Positions 1-10,390 of a stretch of DNA of 39,681 nucleotides are shown piece after piece. Made by a program: the position numbers and the translations under genes. Within the stretch, counting starts at the first letter, position 1, and each line of letters starts with the position of its first letter. The notes below the pieces were generated by a model. The model saw nothing but the letters and a program-made list of their open reading frames with translations, made no database searches and had not been told where the DNA came from. The stretch is taken from positions 1 to 39,681 of IMG/VR virus record IMGVR_UViG_3300033067_000700; one strand, 5' to 3'. This DNA is from a virus (lineage: Duplodnaviria; Caudoviricetes).

Positions 1-3000
1 CCGTCCTCGTTGGTTGTCGAGAAGGTATTGTTGTAAGCATCATCAAGAGCAGACCAAGTTTTAACTCGCTCAGTTTCATCAAAATCACCTCCTTCTGGTG
101 GGTTTGCAGCGTAGAACGCTTTTTGCTTAGTAGTGAGATCGTTGTACCACTGTTCCTTTTTAAGAGCAGTACGGAGTGCAATATCATCACCTGTCGGAGT
201 ACTCTTAAGTTGTAAGACAGATCGAGCCTGATCATCAGGTAGATCGTAGAGAGGATCGTAAGCCTTACCAAGTCCACCTTCACTCTGAGGTTTAGCTAGT
301 TGTTTCTTGCGATCAGCCAGCATCTTAAAGGTAGTGAGGTCAATCTTGCCATCAGGACCGACAGGGGCTTTTTCACGCCACTGTTCAGGAGTAACGTGAT
401 TACCGTCCATTGAGGCAATGTAATTCTCATAAAGATCAGGTGAGTTTTTACGCAGATCATCGAGATATTTATTGTATTGGCGACCACCTTGAAGCAGTGC
501 TTTTTGAGCACCTTCTTGAGTTTCTTTGTAAGCCTTTGAGTAGTCCTCAGTTAGTGGACGAGTGTAATTCTTGTCCTGAACATTTATCTGTTCTTTAGCC
601 ATATCAGTGATAGCGGTAACAATATCAGTACCTTCACCAAGCCGTTGTGCTAGGTTTTTGTTGCCTGAGTACTCACGAGCGTTATCAGTCTGAGATTTAC
701 CGAAGAGGTAAGATTTAGCGATATTGTAGAAGTCCGTAGGAGCTTCATATTGAACACGACCATTATCTTGAGTGATACCTAAGCTGTCCTTCACCTCACG
801 AGCGAAGTTGTCATTGTTGTCGGAGTAGCCCTTAGTGTTCATATCGGTAGCACCGACAATGTTCTTAATAAATTGAGGGGTGTAGTTGTTAATAATGTCC
901 TCATCAAGTGCATTGTTCGCATAAGGGTTATAATCAGCATCTTTGTACTTATCAGAGTTTTTAAGCTGTTCTTTTTCCCATGATTGAATGATCGTGTTAA
1001 GAAGGCTTAGAGTAGTACTTTGGTTCGTAAACTGAGTTGTCTTATCGAATAGTGATTTGTCCTCATCTTGAATACCTGAGTAGTCGCCAGAACTCATACC
1101 TGTAAAGTCAGTAAGACCAAAGGCAGTAAGAATACCTGTACCCTTCAAACCGTTCGATGCAAGCCAGAACACTGTTTTAGCAGGAAGGTTAGCGTAGGCG
1201 TTACGAGCAATACGTTGTCCAGTGGTCATATCACTGAGCTTACCAGCATCAATCTTACCAGTGGCAAGTTTCAACTCTTTCTGAAGGTTACGAACACCCC
1301 ATGTCATGTACTGAGTGTAAAGAGGAGCATTATCAAGGAATGTCTTTGTAAAGGCATCAACAGGTAAGGCAAGAGTACGATAATCATCAAGTACGGCTTT
1401 TGTAAGTTCATCACCAGTAAGACCCTTAGCGATGTAAGAGTTCTTAGCAGAAGTACCAACCACCGCAGCCTTGTAGTGTTCCACGAACTTGTAGAGGTTA
1501 GTTTTGTCATTGATGCTTTTAAGCACATCAGCTACCTTTGCACCGCCCTCAAGTTGGCGTACATACGGTTCGATGGCAGCATCTATATCACCAAGACCAA
1601 ACTCTTTAATAGTGCCAAAGTCAGGCTTGAGTGCAGTGTTGCGACCATAGACAGAGAGGAATGAGTTAAGATCTGAAAGCTCGTTAAGTGCAGAGCTTAC
1701 GTTCAATTTACGGAAGAGGGCGTTTTGAGTACGAAGAATACCACGAGTAAGTTTCTCTGAAAGTTCACTCTCGATAGATCCTTCACGCAAGATCTGGTTA
1801 GTGAGGCTTGATACGTCTTTACGCAGTTTAGGGTTCTTAATATCAAGGTGTTGCAACTCTTCAAGTAGCTGTTGTTTCGCAGCGTTCTTGTAAGTAGATT
1901 GGACACGACTAAGTACTACCTCGTCAGGTAGGTTGTCAGCCATACGAGATATACCCCCGACAGCATATTCAATATCTTCAGGTGTAAGGTTGTAGTCATT
2001 CTCTAGGCGTTGGCGAACACTATCAGCAAGTACGGTACGATCACCGTTAGCAGCCTGTACCTGTGAACTTGAGTAGTTGCCAGCATCACGCCACTGGTTA
2101 AGACCAAGACGATCACCAAGCGTTTCATCACCAATGGTTACAGAGTTAATACGATCACCGTTAGTAAGACCATGACCTTCATCTACTAGCGTTTCAATAT
2201 CATGTCCGAGTGTACGACCAACTTCAGTGATCTCTTTAGCACTATCGACAAACTTACCGCTTTCATCAATCTGCTTGCGAGTACCAGCACCAAAGGCAGA
2301 GATCTTAGTTTTTACAGAGTTCACCTTATTCTGTACTTCAATCATCTTTTGTGCAGCATCTCTGGTTGTTTCTTCAGGTACACCTTCATTGTGTTTAGCC
2401 AATGCACGATAAAGCCGTTCTTCAGAGAGCAGCTTAGTATCACCATATCGAGTAACGTACTGACCGATAACATCAGGTGAGTAGTCAAGATCCTCAAGTT
2501 CGATCTTATTTGCACGTTTGAACTCGTTGCCTGGTTTTTCAGCCCTAAAGCCTTCAAACAGTTGATCACCTTCATACGCACCAACCTTTTGTTGAGGTAG
2601 GTACATTTCATCAAAGTTACCACCTGTTACTTCACGCTTACCGAGTGATGCCCTACGGCGTACATAGTTCATTTCAGCTTGAGCTTTACGCAGGATCGCA
2701 GCCTCAGCAGGGTTAAGCCCAGCCTCTTCAAGTGTTTTCACACCGTTTCGAGCAGCCTCTTGTACCTTACGAGCGACAGTAGCGTAGTCAGAGTTGATAG
2801 CCTTAAAGTCAGCATCAATCTGTTTAGCGATATTCTTACCAAGATTTTCAAGATCACGATACTTAATACGTTGGTTGCCAGTCTTACTCTGATAGAAGTC
2901 ATCAGCCATATTTCCAAGTGGCGTTTCAGGTACATCAGTAAGTGCCTCTTTAGGAGCTTGTACCTGTTCCTGAGTAGGACGAGTTACCTTTACAGTTGCC

Positions 3001-5444
3001 TCTTCAGGAATAGCTTGTGTAGGGTTTTCCACAGGTGTATCACTCTTAATAGCGACATTACCATTACCGTAAGCCTTCTTCGCCTCTGAGTACACAAAAG
3101 CGTCCATATCACGAATGTTCGTAGCATCAGATGATCGGGCAAGAATGTTGTCCACCTTAGCTTCACCCCATTTAGCGTACATACGGTTGATAGTGTCCTC
3201 TTGAACACCATACTTCTTAGCCTGTTCACTCACCTTAGTAACAGGGTTCTGTACTTGTTGAGCAGCCCTCGCCTCCATACGAGCTTGAAGATCAGGAAGT
3301 AAGTCGCCTATTGCAGACGTACTCTTACTGTTAATTCTTACTGTAGGTTGTTCAGCAATAACAGGTGCATTTTCCATAACTTTGTAGTTGTTTTGCACTT
3401 GAGTACCGCTAGAAATATGCCATACATCACCGTTAGCATCAGGAGTTCCAGCAATAGCATCAGCAGTATCACCGTTAGTAATTCGAGCATCATCAATTTT
3501 CTTCTGGTAATAAGCAAGTTCTTCAGCGTTCTTTGGTCGATATTGCTCTAGCGTACCATCAGCACGTTTTACTGACACAACAGGTTGAGGGGCGGTGTCG
3601 GTAACAGCTTTACCAGACCCATCTATAACTGCTCCATCAGGGTTATTGATCTTCAATGTAGGAGCATTATCACCAGTCTTGCCTAAGATTTTCACAATCT
3701 GATCCTTACCACCCTTGAGTGCAGCACCACCACCAGTAGCGACAGCACCGATACCAGCCCCTACACCAGCCTCAGTAAATACATCTTCCAACCTAGTGTC
3801 TTTACCTTCACGAAACGCACCAGCAGCCTCCCAAGCAGCGTTCTCGCCAGCGTTCTTAAAGATCTGAGTTGTAAGTGCAGACTTGAGTGATTGTTCACCA
3901 CCTTCAGCAGCTACCTTAGCTACGGTATAACCCTTACCGAGTGAGAGGAATGGTACGACTGTACCTGTTACGTCAGCAGCCACACCCAGTGAACGAAGGG
4001 CAGCATCACCTACTCCGCCAGAGCCATCGCCAACCCAGCCACGATCTCGGTTGTATTGATTGATCCATGCAGCGTATTGATCAGAAAGCTCGTTAAACTC
4101 TTTATCGCCTAGCTTACCATCATGGTGATCCTGAGTGGCTTTATTATAAGCACCTTCCATAACACTACGCATCTTTTCATTATCAGTTTGATTGTTAAGA
4201 CCAAAGACCTGACCGCTCTTCCACACCTCAGCAGCTTGGTTGAGTTTTTGGAATGGATCTACAATGCCTTTACCGAGTGATCCAACAAAATCACCAACAT
4301 CACCCATCTTAGTGCCAAAGTCGCTTTTCTTATCGCCACGATCATTGATCACCTCAAGCAGAATAGCAGCCTGTTGAGCCTTGCGAGATTGGTCGCCATT
4401 AACAGTAAAACCGCCAAAGTCATTGACGTACTTCTCTAGTTTCTTTACATAATCACGTTGTTTACCAGCATCAGCGTTCTTAAAGTCAGTCATGAATGAG
4501 TTGATCGTTTGACCTTCATCACCGACCTCAATACCATAATCACCGTAGTCCTTCATAAGAGTGTCAATGCCACGTTGTTTATCACGAACATCAGCCACCT
4601 TTTTAGCATCGCCTGAGAAGTCAGCACCCTTGCCGTTAAACGCCATAGTACCGCCATACTTCCAGCTATCTTTATTGACATTGTTCTTGCCATTATTAAG
4701 CATCAGACTGTTAATGTCTGAGTTAGGATCTTTCAACTGGTTTTTATTGATCTTAGTACGAGGTGTACCTTTTAGATCCGCCATGTAGTCAGCAAAGTCT
4801 TGAGCCTCATTAGCACCTACACCGTCCCAAAACTGCTTTAGTTTGGCACGTTCGCCAGACCAATCACCTCTGGTTTCCTTGATAGTTTTCTCAAGTTCAC
4901 GAGCAGATTTGAAAGTCTGGTTATTGCCACGCTCATCATGAAACTTCTTAAGTTCAGTACGGCGATTATCGAGTGATCGCATAAGCCCTTCAGCCTGTGC
5001 AGTATCACCCCTAGCAATAGCATCATTAAGACCTTTAAGATCTGTACCATAGTAGTTATTTACGTCCTGTACACCAGCGTTTTGATATGTCTGAGCTTTT
5101 GTCCTCAGTTCATTGATCTTGTTAGGATCTACGGCAGGGGCAGTCGGCTTTACAGATACAAGTTTCGTTTTGTCTTGGACAGTTCCGCTTTTCGGAGTGG
5201 CGAGTAGAGTTTGAGGCGTGGTGTTTGGTTGCGTGTTCCTGTTTTCGAGGGTTCGCATACCTGGCATCTCTAGTGGCGATGTAAGGGGCGAAGGTTTGAC
5301 TATCGTTACAGGTTTCTGAGGTGCAGCAACAACAGGCTGTTGAGGTGCAGCCTGTGTTGTTGTCTTTTGAGGTTGATTGTCCCACCATGTGAGGTCATCT
5401 ACTGCCTTAAAGACGTTCTTTTTGAAGTCGTCCCAGAACGCCAC
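1..5444 (-). CDS. Large internal virion / DNA ejection protein, N-terminal part (~1956 aa in total, continuing at 39681..39255)
   Basis: Missing from the ORF track because it runs off the window edge. GTG start at 5444 follows SD AAAGGAGG; I found no stop in this frame down to base 1 (MAFWDDFKKNVFK...). Contains Gly/Ala-rich hydrophobic stretches (GVGAGIGAVATGGGAAL). Size and position fit podovirus ejection proteins (inference). Confidence 0.8.
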   Translation of the reverse strand, partial: MAFWDDFKKNVFKAVDDLTWWDNQPQKTTTQAAPQQPVVAAPQKPVTIVKPSPLTSPLEMPGMRTLENRNTQPNTTPQTLLATPKSGTVQDKTKLVSVKPTAPAVDPNKINELRTKAQTYQNAGVQDVNNYYGTDLKGLNDAIARGDTAQAEGLMRSLDNRRTELKKFHDERGNNQTFKSARELEKTIKETRGDWSGERAKLKQFWDGVGANEAQDFADYMADLKGTPRTKINKNQLKDPNSDINSLMLNNGKNNVNKDSWKYGGTMAFNGKGADFSGDAKKVADVRDKQRGIDTLMKDYGDYGIEVGDEGQTINSFMTDFKNADAGKQRDYVKKLEKYVNDFGGFTVNGDQSRKAQQAAILLEVINDRGDKKSDFGTKMGDVGDFVGSLGKGIVDPFQKLNQAAEVWKSGQVFGLNNQTDNEKMRSVMEGAYNKATQDHHDGKLGDKEFNELSDQYAAWINQYNRDRGWVGDGSGGVGDAALRSLGVAADVTGTVVPFLSLGKGYTVAKVAAEGGEQSLKSALTTQIFKNAGENAAWEAAGAFREGKDTRLEDVFTEAGVGAGIGAVATGGGAALKGGKDQIVKILGKTGDNAPTLKINNPDGAVIDGSGKAVTDTAPQPVVSVKRADGTLEQYRPKNAEELAYYQKKIDDARITNGDTADAIAGTPDANGDVWHISSGTQVQNNYKVMENAPVIAEQPTVRINSKSTSAIGDLLPDLQARMEARAAQQVQNPVTKVSEQAKKYGVQEDTINRMYAKWGEAKVDNILARSSDATNIRDMDAFVYSEAKKAYGNGNVAIKSDTPVENPTQAIPEEATVKVTRPTQEQVQAPKEALTDVPETPLGNMADDFYQSKTGNQRIKYRDLENLGKNIAKQIDADFKAINSDYATVARKVQEAARNGVKTLEEAGLNPAEAAILRKAQAEMNYVRRRASLGKREVTGGNFDEMYLPQQKVGAYEGDQLFEGFRAEKPGNEFKRANKIELEDLDYSPDVIGQYVTRYGDTKLLSEERLYRALAKHNEGVPEETTRDAAQKMIEVQNKVNSVKTKISAFGAGTRKQIDESGKFVDSAKEITEVGRTLGHDIETLVDEGHGLTNGDRINSVTIGDETLGDRLGLNQWRDAGNYSSSQVQAANGDRTVLADSVRQRLENDYNLTPEDIEYAVGGISRMADNLPDEVVLSRVQSTYKNAAKQQLLEELQHLDIKNPKLRKDVSSLTNQILREGSIESELSEKLTRGILRTQNALFRKLNVSSALNELSDLNSFLSVYGRNTALKPDFGTIKEFGLGDIDAAIEPYVRQLEGGAKVADVLKSINDKTNLYKFVEHYKAAVVGTSAKNSYIAKGLTGDELTKAVLDDYRTLALPVDAFTKTFLDNAPLYTQYMTWGVRNLQKELKLATGKIDAGKLSDMTTGQRIARNAYANLPAKTVFWLASNGLKGTGILTAFGLTDFTGMSSGDYSGIQDEDKSLFDKTTQFTNQSTTLSLLNTIIQSWEKEQLKNSDKYKDADYNPYANNALDEDIINNYTPQFIKNIVGATDMNTKGYSDNNDNFAREVKDSLGITQDNGRVQYEAPTDFYNIAKSYLFGKSQTDNAREYSGNKNLAQRLGEGTDIVTAITDMAKEQINVQDKNYTRPLTEDYSKAYKETQEGAQKALLQGGRQYNKYLDDLRKNSPDLYENYIASMDGNHVTPEQWREKAPVGPDGKIDLTTFKMLADRKKQLAKPQSEGGLGKAYDPLYDLPDDQARSVLQLKSTPTGDDIALRTALKKEQWYNDLTTKQKAFYAANPPEGGDFDETERVKTWSALDDAYNNTFSTTNED

Positions 5445-5456
5445 TTAAAGCCTCCT

Positions 5457-6593
5457 TTACGCCGTTACTAATCTAGTATCTTTCTTGAATGGGTTTGCTA
5501 CGAGAGCATCTTCACGACCCTTAACATAGATCGGTAAACCGCCATTGCTTACAGGTGAGTTAGCACCTCCCATTTGTACGGTAGGATCAGCCACTTGGAA
5601 GGCGTTACCTGTTTGACCGAGAGCCTGTAGCCTTGCAGCCTCTTCAGCAATCTGTTGAGGTGTAAAGGCTTGTACACTTGATAGACGTTGATCACGCTGT
5701 TGAGTAAGACCAGTAAGGCGACCAAGTGCCTCATTAAGTACTTGATCAACAATTCCACGATCAGCCACACCACTAACTCCGTTAGAACTTGCATCAGCGA
5801 GCAGTTGATCAATCTTCGTACCAAAGTCGTTACGAACACGATCAAGCTCAGTTGCTCGGTTACGATCAAGAGTGCTAATGCCCTCTTCTTTCTTCCTGTT
5901 GAGATCCCTTTGAGATGTCGCAAGTTGATCAGATACCGTTGCAGCTTGAGTGTTAGCCTCAGCACTTTGGTTGTTACCTACACGAGCATAAGCACGAGTA
6001 AGTGCCTCAGCAGCACCACTATCACTAGCGTTCATACCAGCAAGTGATACGTTACCTGAACGAACACCTGTCTGAATACCTTTAATGATGTTAGCCATTG
6101 ACTGACGTAGGTTCAGCTCGTTCTGAGCAGACTTGCTGTTAATATCAGTCTGACCACTGGTGTAGTCATTGACGAGTTGGTTAATACTATCTTCATAGGT
6201 GTTACCAAGATCACGAAGGCTTGTCTGTGCAGCCGTTTTGTAGCCACCAGCTGTAATACCGTACTGACTAGCAAGTTTAGCTTTACGTTGAGCCTCCTGC
6301 TGTGCAGCGATACGCTGTGCTTTCTGTTGAGGCGTTTCACCTGTTGGTGGGGGGGTAGGGTTAGGTTTTGGGTTACTCGTACTCTGAGGTACAGCAGTTG
6401 GACCGATCCAGCCACTTGTAGGGTTACGATCACCACCAGCGACAGATACACCAGGTATCCAGTCGGCATCACCACCACTTAGCTGTGTAGCAGCTTTACC
6501 AGCAGTATCACGACCAGGTATAAAACCTTCTTGCCCTGATACATATTCGCCAATGTTCCTGCCAGCCCATTGAAAGAAGTTTTCTCCTGCCAT
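5457..6593 (-). CDS. Putative internal virion/ejection protein (378 aa, Q/A-rich coiled coil)
   Basis: SD AAGGAG; helical low-complexity composition; immediately upstream of the giant ejection gene. Confidence 0.6.
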   Translation of the reverse strand: MAGENFFQWAGRNIGEYVSGQEGFIPGRDTAGKAATQLSGGDADWIPGVSVAGGDRNPTSGWIGPTAVPQSTSNPKPNPTPPPTGETPQQKAQRIAAQQEAQRKAKLASQYGITAGGYKTAAQTSLRDLGNTYEDSINQLVNDYTSGQTDINSKSAQNELNLRQSMANIIKGIQTGVRSGNVSLAGMNASDSGAAEALTRAYARVGNNQSAEANTQAATVSDQLATSQRDLNRKKEEGISTLDRNRATELDRVRNDFGTKIDQLLADASSNGVSGVADRGIVDQVLNEALGRLTGLTQQRDQRLSSVQAFTPQQIAEEAARLQALGQTGNAFQVADPTVQMGGANSPVSNGGLPIYVKGREDALVANPFKKDTRLVTA

Positions 6594-6614
6594 AATTTTG
6601 CTCCTTTTTTATTT

Positions 6615-6878
6615 TTATCTCTTGAATAATTTTTCAAAGAATGATTTTTTTTCTTTCTTTAATAATATCACATACTTCTCTGTCTTTGCTTCCTCAGCCG
6701 ACAAAAATGAGTTTTGATATTCTTGTGCATATTCTAGCAATTTTTTTTCTCGCTTTTTCTTGTCAGTAGGCAAAATAACAGATTGAATAACCGTTCGGGT
6801 TTCACCATTAATCTCAAGATCGAGCTTTACTTCAGCATAGCCCTGATCAGTTATAGATAATACTTCAATACTAGACAT
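6615..6878 (-). CDS. Hypothetical protein (87 aa)
   Basis: Overlaps the upstream stop codon (coupled ORF). Confidence 0.6.
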   Translation of the reverse strand: MSSIEVLSITDQGYAEVKLDLEINGETRTVIQSVILPTDKKKREKKLLEYAQEYQNSFLSAEEAKTEKYVILLKKEKKSFFEKLFKR

Positions 6879-7902
6879 AATCAGCCTTTATCTTTACTTC
6901 ACCTGCAAGAATAGCAGTAGTATCATTATCTACTTCCACACCAGTAATAGCAAAGGCTATACCTGTAGCAAACCTCATACCTAAAGTGCCCGTTTCTAAA
7001 GTTGTCATCGAGTCAGCAGATAAAGGCACAACAAGTATAGGCACATCAGTACCAACAGTAGGTGCAGATGCTTTGTTGTACAATTTCAAGTACCTTATTA
7101 ATGCAGAGTAATTATAGGCATTTAAGCTAAATAATGTACCAGCAGATGCTTTCATAGATACGGCGTTTGTTGTTGCAGCAGAGTTTAAATTGTATGAAGT
7201 TGGTGTAAGTGGTGTGATTGTGAAAGTACCAGACTGTGTAACAGCGTGAGTTTGTGTAGCAGGTATAGGCTCAGTAGCGTATGAACCTAATACGAACCTC
7301 CAGTTTTGAGTACCTGAAGTCCTAGCAGTACACCTCACTCGTACCCATCTAAGAGCATTTACTGACATTTCCCATGCGTATACAGGTGCAGCAGATAAGC
7401 TACCTGTAGTTGTTTCTACAGTGTTAGCGTTTGACCGCACAGCCTGAATACCGAACCATGTACCATCAGTACCATTAGTGCTATCAAGTGAACCTTCAAA
7501 AATACAGTTCATAGCAGCAAAAGTACCAGTTACATAAGCCATAATGTTGCTAATCTGTGAAACTTCAGCAAAAGCAGTAGCATTAGCGACAGGTGTATTT
7601 GCAGCAGCCTGTACAGCACTAACCGCCATAACTACAGGATCATAGTATGCAGGAGCACCAGCAGTTTTAAGACGACCAGCCTCGTTAAACACAAAAGGGT
7701 GTAAATTGCCATCAGCAGCAACAGGACTACCTTGAGCATCTTGGCGAATACCGAGTATAAGACCGCCTTTTTCAGTACCGCTAGAGGCTGTATCTGGTGT
7801 GTATTCAGATCCTGACGTTACCTCATTGCCATTTACATCAACAGAAATAACCCTGCGGATTGCAGCGTTGTCGATAGATGAGCTTTGAGGCATTGTTCCC
7901 AT
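6871..7902 (-). CDS. Putative virion fibre/spike or decoration protein (343 aa, beta-rich)
   Basis: T/A/G/S-rich; motifs FEGSLDSTNGTDGTWF and YLKLYNKASAPTVGTD resemble phage structural beta-sandwich modules; SD GAAAGG. Confidence 0.55.
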   Translation of the reverse strand: MGTMPQSSSIDNAAIRRVISVDVNGNEVTSGSEYTPDTASSGTEKGGLILGIRQDAQGSPVAADGNLHPFVFNEAGRLKTAGAPAYYDPVVMAVSAVQAAANTPVANATAFAEVSQISNIMAYVTGTFAAMNCIFEGSLDSTNGTDGTWFGIQAVRSNANTVETTTGSLSAAPVYAWEMSVNALRWVRVRCTARTSGTQNWRFVLGSYATEPIPATQTHAVTQSGTFTITPLTPTSYNLNSAATTNAVSMKASAGTLFSLNAYNYSALIRYLKLYNKASAPTVGTDVPILVVPLSADSMTTLETGTLGMRFATGIAFAITGVEVDNDTTAILAGEVKIKADYV

Positions 7903-7908
7903 GTTTGT

Positions 7909-8199
7909 TTAACCTTTCATTCCTATAATACGAGTTATATACAAAAGTTCGTGTAGATCTATATATACTTCTTTTTCTGTTTCGCTTCCGCTATCTATCG
8001 TGATGCGAAAAATATCATCTTTTACTGCTTGCTCGTTTAGTTCCCAGTCAAGACGTACTTCATGGTTGCCTGATAAATCAGTGAGATACCCAACACCATC
8101 TCGTATAAGATCAGTAACTTTTGGCTTGTTGCGAAGGTTTGCCATAGATCTTGTAGCAGATCCAGCTCCTAAGCCACCACTTACTGCTCGACTAGACAC
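7909..8199 (-). CDS. Hypothetical protein (96 aa)
   Basis: ORF overlapping the end of groES, with GAAAGGA upstream. Confidence 0.6.
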   Translation of the reverse strand: MSSRAVSGGLGAGSATRSMANLRNKPKVTDLIRDGVGYLTDLSGNHEVRLDWELNEQAVKDDIFRITIDSGSETEKEVYIDLHELLYITRIIGMKG

Positions 8200-8435
8200 A
8201 AGATGTCCTTTTCTCGGATCAACTTCACGTTCTTATCAGATGTGTCTTGTACTGCGTAAGCATTAAACGTAACCGTTTGGTTTACATCAATAGAACTTAC
8301 AAGTGGACCTTTAGCTAATACCTTGCCTACATTCTTTGGCTTTTCCCATTGAGCCTGAGCTTTGTAAAGCCCCCCAACGGTTTTCTCTTCTTCAACAATT
8401 ATTTCTATTACGACTAGATCTCTTAGTGGTTGCAT
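8181..8435 (-). CDS. groES: Co-chaperonin GroES (Cpn10)
   Basis: MQPLRDLVVI start, mobile loop EEEKTVGGLY, GKVLAKGP and C-terminal LIREKDIL match the Cpn10 pattern. Confidence 0.9.
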   Translation of the reverse strand: MQPLRDLVVIEIIVEEEKTVGGLYKAQAQWEKPKNVGKVLAKGPLVSSIDVNQTVTFNAYAVQDTSDKNVKLIREKDILCLVEQ

Positions 8436-8472
8436 GATTAAATGTTCCTTTCTTATCTAGCCCTATTATAGC

Positions 8473-8493
8473 AAAAAGCCCCCGATTGGGGGC
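8473..8493 (-). terminator. Intrinsic terminator after the capsid operon, overlapping an extended -10 promoter (TGCTATAAT) for groES
   Basis: Minus strand reads GCCCCC-AATC-GGGGGC-TTTTT, immediately followed by GCTATAAT. Confidence 0.75.
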
Positions 8494-8499
8494 AAATTA

Positions 8500-9054
8500 C
8501 TATACGTTTGCACCACCTGAGTTTGCTTGCTTGCTTCTCTCTGTTGGTGTAGTTCCACTAACACCTGCTGTGGTATTAGCCCATGATCCGTTGGTCATCG
8601 TTTCGCTAGTAGTGATTGCAGTACCAGCAGCACCATACTCTTCAGCTCGAACAACTACAGTAGTAGCAGTCTTGCTTGATACGTTCACCTGTGGGTGTTT
8701 TGTCGTACCTAATGAGTAAAGTGTACCTCGACCAGTTGGGTTTTCCATGATCGCAGCTTGAAGGTTATCAAGTGTGTTCGTGGCAGCAGCCCCAATAAGG
8801 ACTTGGTTTGGTTCGGCGTTATTAACTGCTGTGGCGACAAAGGTGTAAACCTTGCCACCGATCTCAACTGTTTCGCCAGCTACAGCATTACCGCTAAGGG
8901 TAAGAGTTTTTACAGCACGAACTTCAGCCGTTGATGGCGTGAGGTTGTTTTCAGCATAGATAACAGCTTGTTCTAGCTTGCTATCATTTTGGTAGTTGGC
9001 AGCAACAACTGATGCGTTAGCAGCCCTGATTTCGAGTTCTCTACGGCTAGGCAT
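8500..9054 (-). CDS. Putative capsid decoration/structural protein (184 aa)
   Basis: Downstream of the major capsid gene; TLTLSGNAVAGETVEIGGKVYTF...VLIGAAATNTLDNLQAAI resembles a common virion beta module. Confidence 0.55.
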   Translation of the reverse strand: MPSRRELEIRAANASVVAANYQNDSKLEQAVIYAENNLTPSTAEVRAVKTLTLSGNAVAGETVEIGGKVYTFVATAVNNAEPNQVLIGAAATNTLDNLQAAIMENPTGRGTLYSLGTTKHPQVNVSSKTATTVVVRAEEYGAAGTAITTSETMTNGSWANTTAGVSGTTPTERSKQANSGGANV

Positions 9055-9056
9055 GA

Positions 9057-9365
9057 TTATTTGTCCTCCGCAGGTTTCTTGTTATCAATTTCTACGATAG
9101 GTGGGACAAGCTCACCCCATTCAGTGTAGAACCAACCTTTATCAAGTAGACCTTGCACTCGCTTTTTCTCATCACGTTCAAGACGTTCAGAATACGAAAG
9201 TTTTTCAACTTTTGTCTTTTTTACTGTTTCAGTAACAGTTGTATTAGGGTTTTTCTTTGCTTCTTTAGCAGAAACGATCTTACCAGTAACAGCACTACGA
9301 CTACGAGTAGCGGTTGTGCTTTGCTTGGCAGTTTTCTTTTTCTTGAACTTATCTAATACGCTCAT
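9057..9365 (-). CDS. Basic hypothetical protein (102 aa)
   Basis: SD AAGGAG; Lys-rich; contains RSAVTGKIVSAKEAKKNPNTTVTETV. Confidence 0.7.
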   Translation of the reverse strand: MSVLDKFKKKKTAKQSTTATRSRSAVTGKIVSAKEAKKNPNTTVTETVKKTKVEKLSYSERLERDEKKRVQGLLDKGWFYTEWGELVPPIVEIDNKKPAEDK

Positions 9366-9481
9366 AATGTAACTCCTTGTTTTTCTTCCTGTAGGACGAT
9401 ACTCGGACAGGCTATTGCCAGCTTTTCTCTCAGGAGGTTAATAATCTTAGTGGCGGTTTTAGAGATCCGCCAACTCCTCAA

Positions 9482-10321
9482 TTAAGAGTTTCGTTCGAGG
9501 TCTACGAAGGCAGCAGATCGTTCAACTGCAACACCATAGATGCTGTGAAGAACAGATTTAACACCGATGTAGTCTACGCTATCTTCCATCTTGTAGGTTG
9601 GCTTAAGTTGGACAGCGAGGCTAATTGCAGACTTGTGGAAGAACAAGTTGTGCGTGTTAGTCGTGTCGTCTACTACGTTGTTAGACATGTAGATGTCAGT
9701 GTTGTAGACGTTCGCAATGAGGTTGTCTTTACGGACAGCCACACCCTTTTCACCAGTTTGTGAGTATTCAGAGTACTTGTTCACGTTGCGGAAGTCGCCA
9801 GCAACCTTAGCACCTACGATACCAGCACGTTCAGTCTGAGGGACGTTAGCGAGGTCGAGGGCAAGGACAACTGCGAGCATATCTGCATCGTCAGCAGTTG
9901 CACCACCTGATACGTTAGTACCAGCAGATGCGTGAAGGCTTGCTACATCAGTGTCAATGGCACGAGCAACAGCTTCTTTTTGTGCTTCACGATACGCTTC
10001 TTGAACAGCGTAATGGCTCTGCACTTTAACGATGTCATCAATGATAAACGCAAGATACTTGTGTTTGTTGATGGTCATCTCAATTTCAGTTTCAGTGTTG
10101 TTATCGAACGTAACGGCAGTACCAGCAGCCTTATCACGAGCATCGTAAGTACTCATGAATGGAATGTTGATCTTGTTACCACCATCAGCTACGAGTTCAT
10201 CACGCCGTAGAACTAAGTCTGCGAAGTAAAGAGCCTTGTAGAACGGCTTTTCGATTTTGCGTGTCCATTTTTCTGCAATGAACTTAGCAGCGGTTGTTAC
10301 TGTAATAGGACCAGTTGCCAT
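9482..10321 (-). CDS. Major capsid protein (HK97 fold, P22-coat/N4-gp56-like)
   Basis: FIAEKWT start, GNKINIP, TINKHKYLAFIIDD, AVARAIDTD, LFFHKSAISLA and IYGVAVER; follows the scaffold gene; strong SD. Confidence 0.9.
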   Translation of the reverse strand: MATGPITVTTAAKFIAEKWTRKIEKPFYKALYFADLVLRRDELVADGGNKINIPFMSTYDARDKAAGTAVTFDNNTETEIEMTINKHKYLAFIIDDIVKVQSHYAVQEAYREAQKEAVARAIDTDVASLHASAGTNVSGGATADDADMLAVVLALDLANVPQTERAGIVGAKVAGDFRNVNKYSEYSQTGEKGVAVRKDNLIANVYNTDIYMSNNVVDDTTNTHNLFFHKSAISLAVQLKPTYKMEDSVDYIGVKSVLHSIYGVAVERSAAFVDLERNS

Positions 10322-10390
10322 AATGTTACTCCTTTTTGTTTTTTTCGTTTATAAGTCAATAATACATATTTTGCTTGACAAATACAATGT

